The position numbers were made by a program, and so were the translations under genes. DNA of 64,000 nucleotides. Source: Podarcis vaucheri. Its lineage: Eukaryota. The notes under the pieces were generated by a model. The model was not told where the DNA came from. It was given only the letters and a program-made list of their open reading frames with translations, and ran no database searches. The stretch is taken from assembly GCA_965113315.1 (NCBI GenBank), contig OZ220364.1; one strand, written 5' to 3'. Below are positions 63,572 through 64,000 of the stretch, piece after piece. Every line of letters begins with the position of its first letter. Position 1 is the stretch's first letter.

Positions 63572-64000
63572 GCTGAGAAAAAGAAGTAGATAGACAGTGC
63601 TATGGAGTCATGCAAAATATCCTCTGTGTAAGAAACCAAGACGGAGCTTAGAGCTAAGATCTATGCAATGAGGTGTGATTATTGCTTGTCTGGCAGCTTG
63701 CCTGCACAATGTGCACCTTACTCATTTCAGCAACCCCTGGTTTTCATGATAACCAAATTAGCATATTTTTCAAGAGGAACAAATGGAACAAATGTCTAGG
63801 AAAATACCAAAGCAGGGCATTAATTCAATTCCCATCTGTTTGTAATCTTTAGATAGCACATGTTTCCATTAGTGAATAGTGATAGGCCCAAGCACACCTG
63901 ACTTTGCTGTTGGAAAGGGCCCTATTCTAGTCCCAGTTGTTTTTGCTACAGCCTTTTTTTAACTGTCACACATTTAGAAAATTCCAGATTCCCTCTTCCT

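Overview
Eukaryotic, AT-rich, repeat-dense DNA from a squamate reptile, probably a lacertid lizard (inferred from Sauria SINEs with (ACCTTT)n tails, Squam3-like SINEs and the MITE families). I recognise no host protein-coding gene, so this is probably a long intron or intergenic DNA. Every ORF I can identify is transposon-derived (Penelope-like GIY-YIG, L1, L2, RTE). The most striking structure is a 1.6-kb near-perfect palindrome (16340-17952): two outward-pointing 3' halves of a Penelope-like element, each with a minimal hammerhead ribozyme and each ending in (AT)n. It is inserted into the GIY-YIG domain of an older Neptune-type Penelope-like element. A second, 200-bp fold-back Penelope remnant with a complete minimal hammerhead motif lies at 47307-47505. 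Other notable events are a Sauria SINE that captured 130 bp of neighbouring DNA inside its own target-site duplication (TSD), two hAT elements carrying CpG-island/promoter-like cargo, a three-level SINE/L2/solo-LTR nest and a candidate recursive splice site. Family names come from pattern recognition only; no database search was run.
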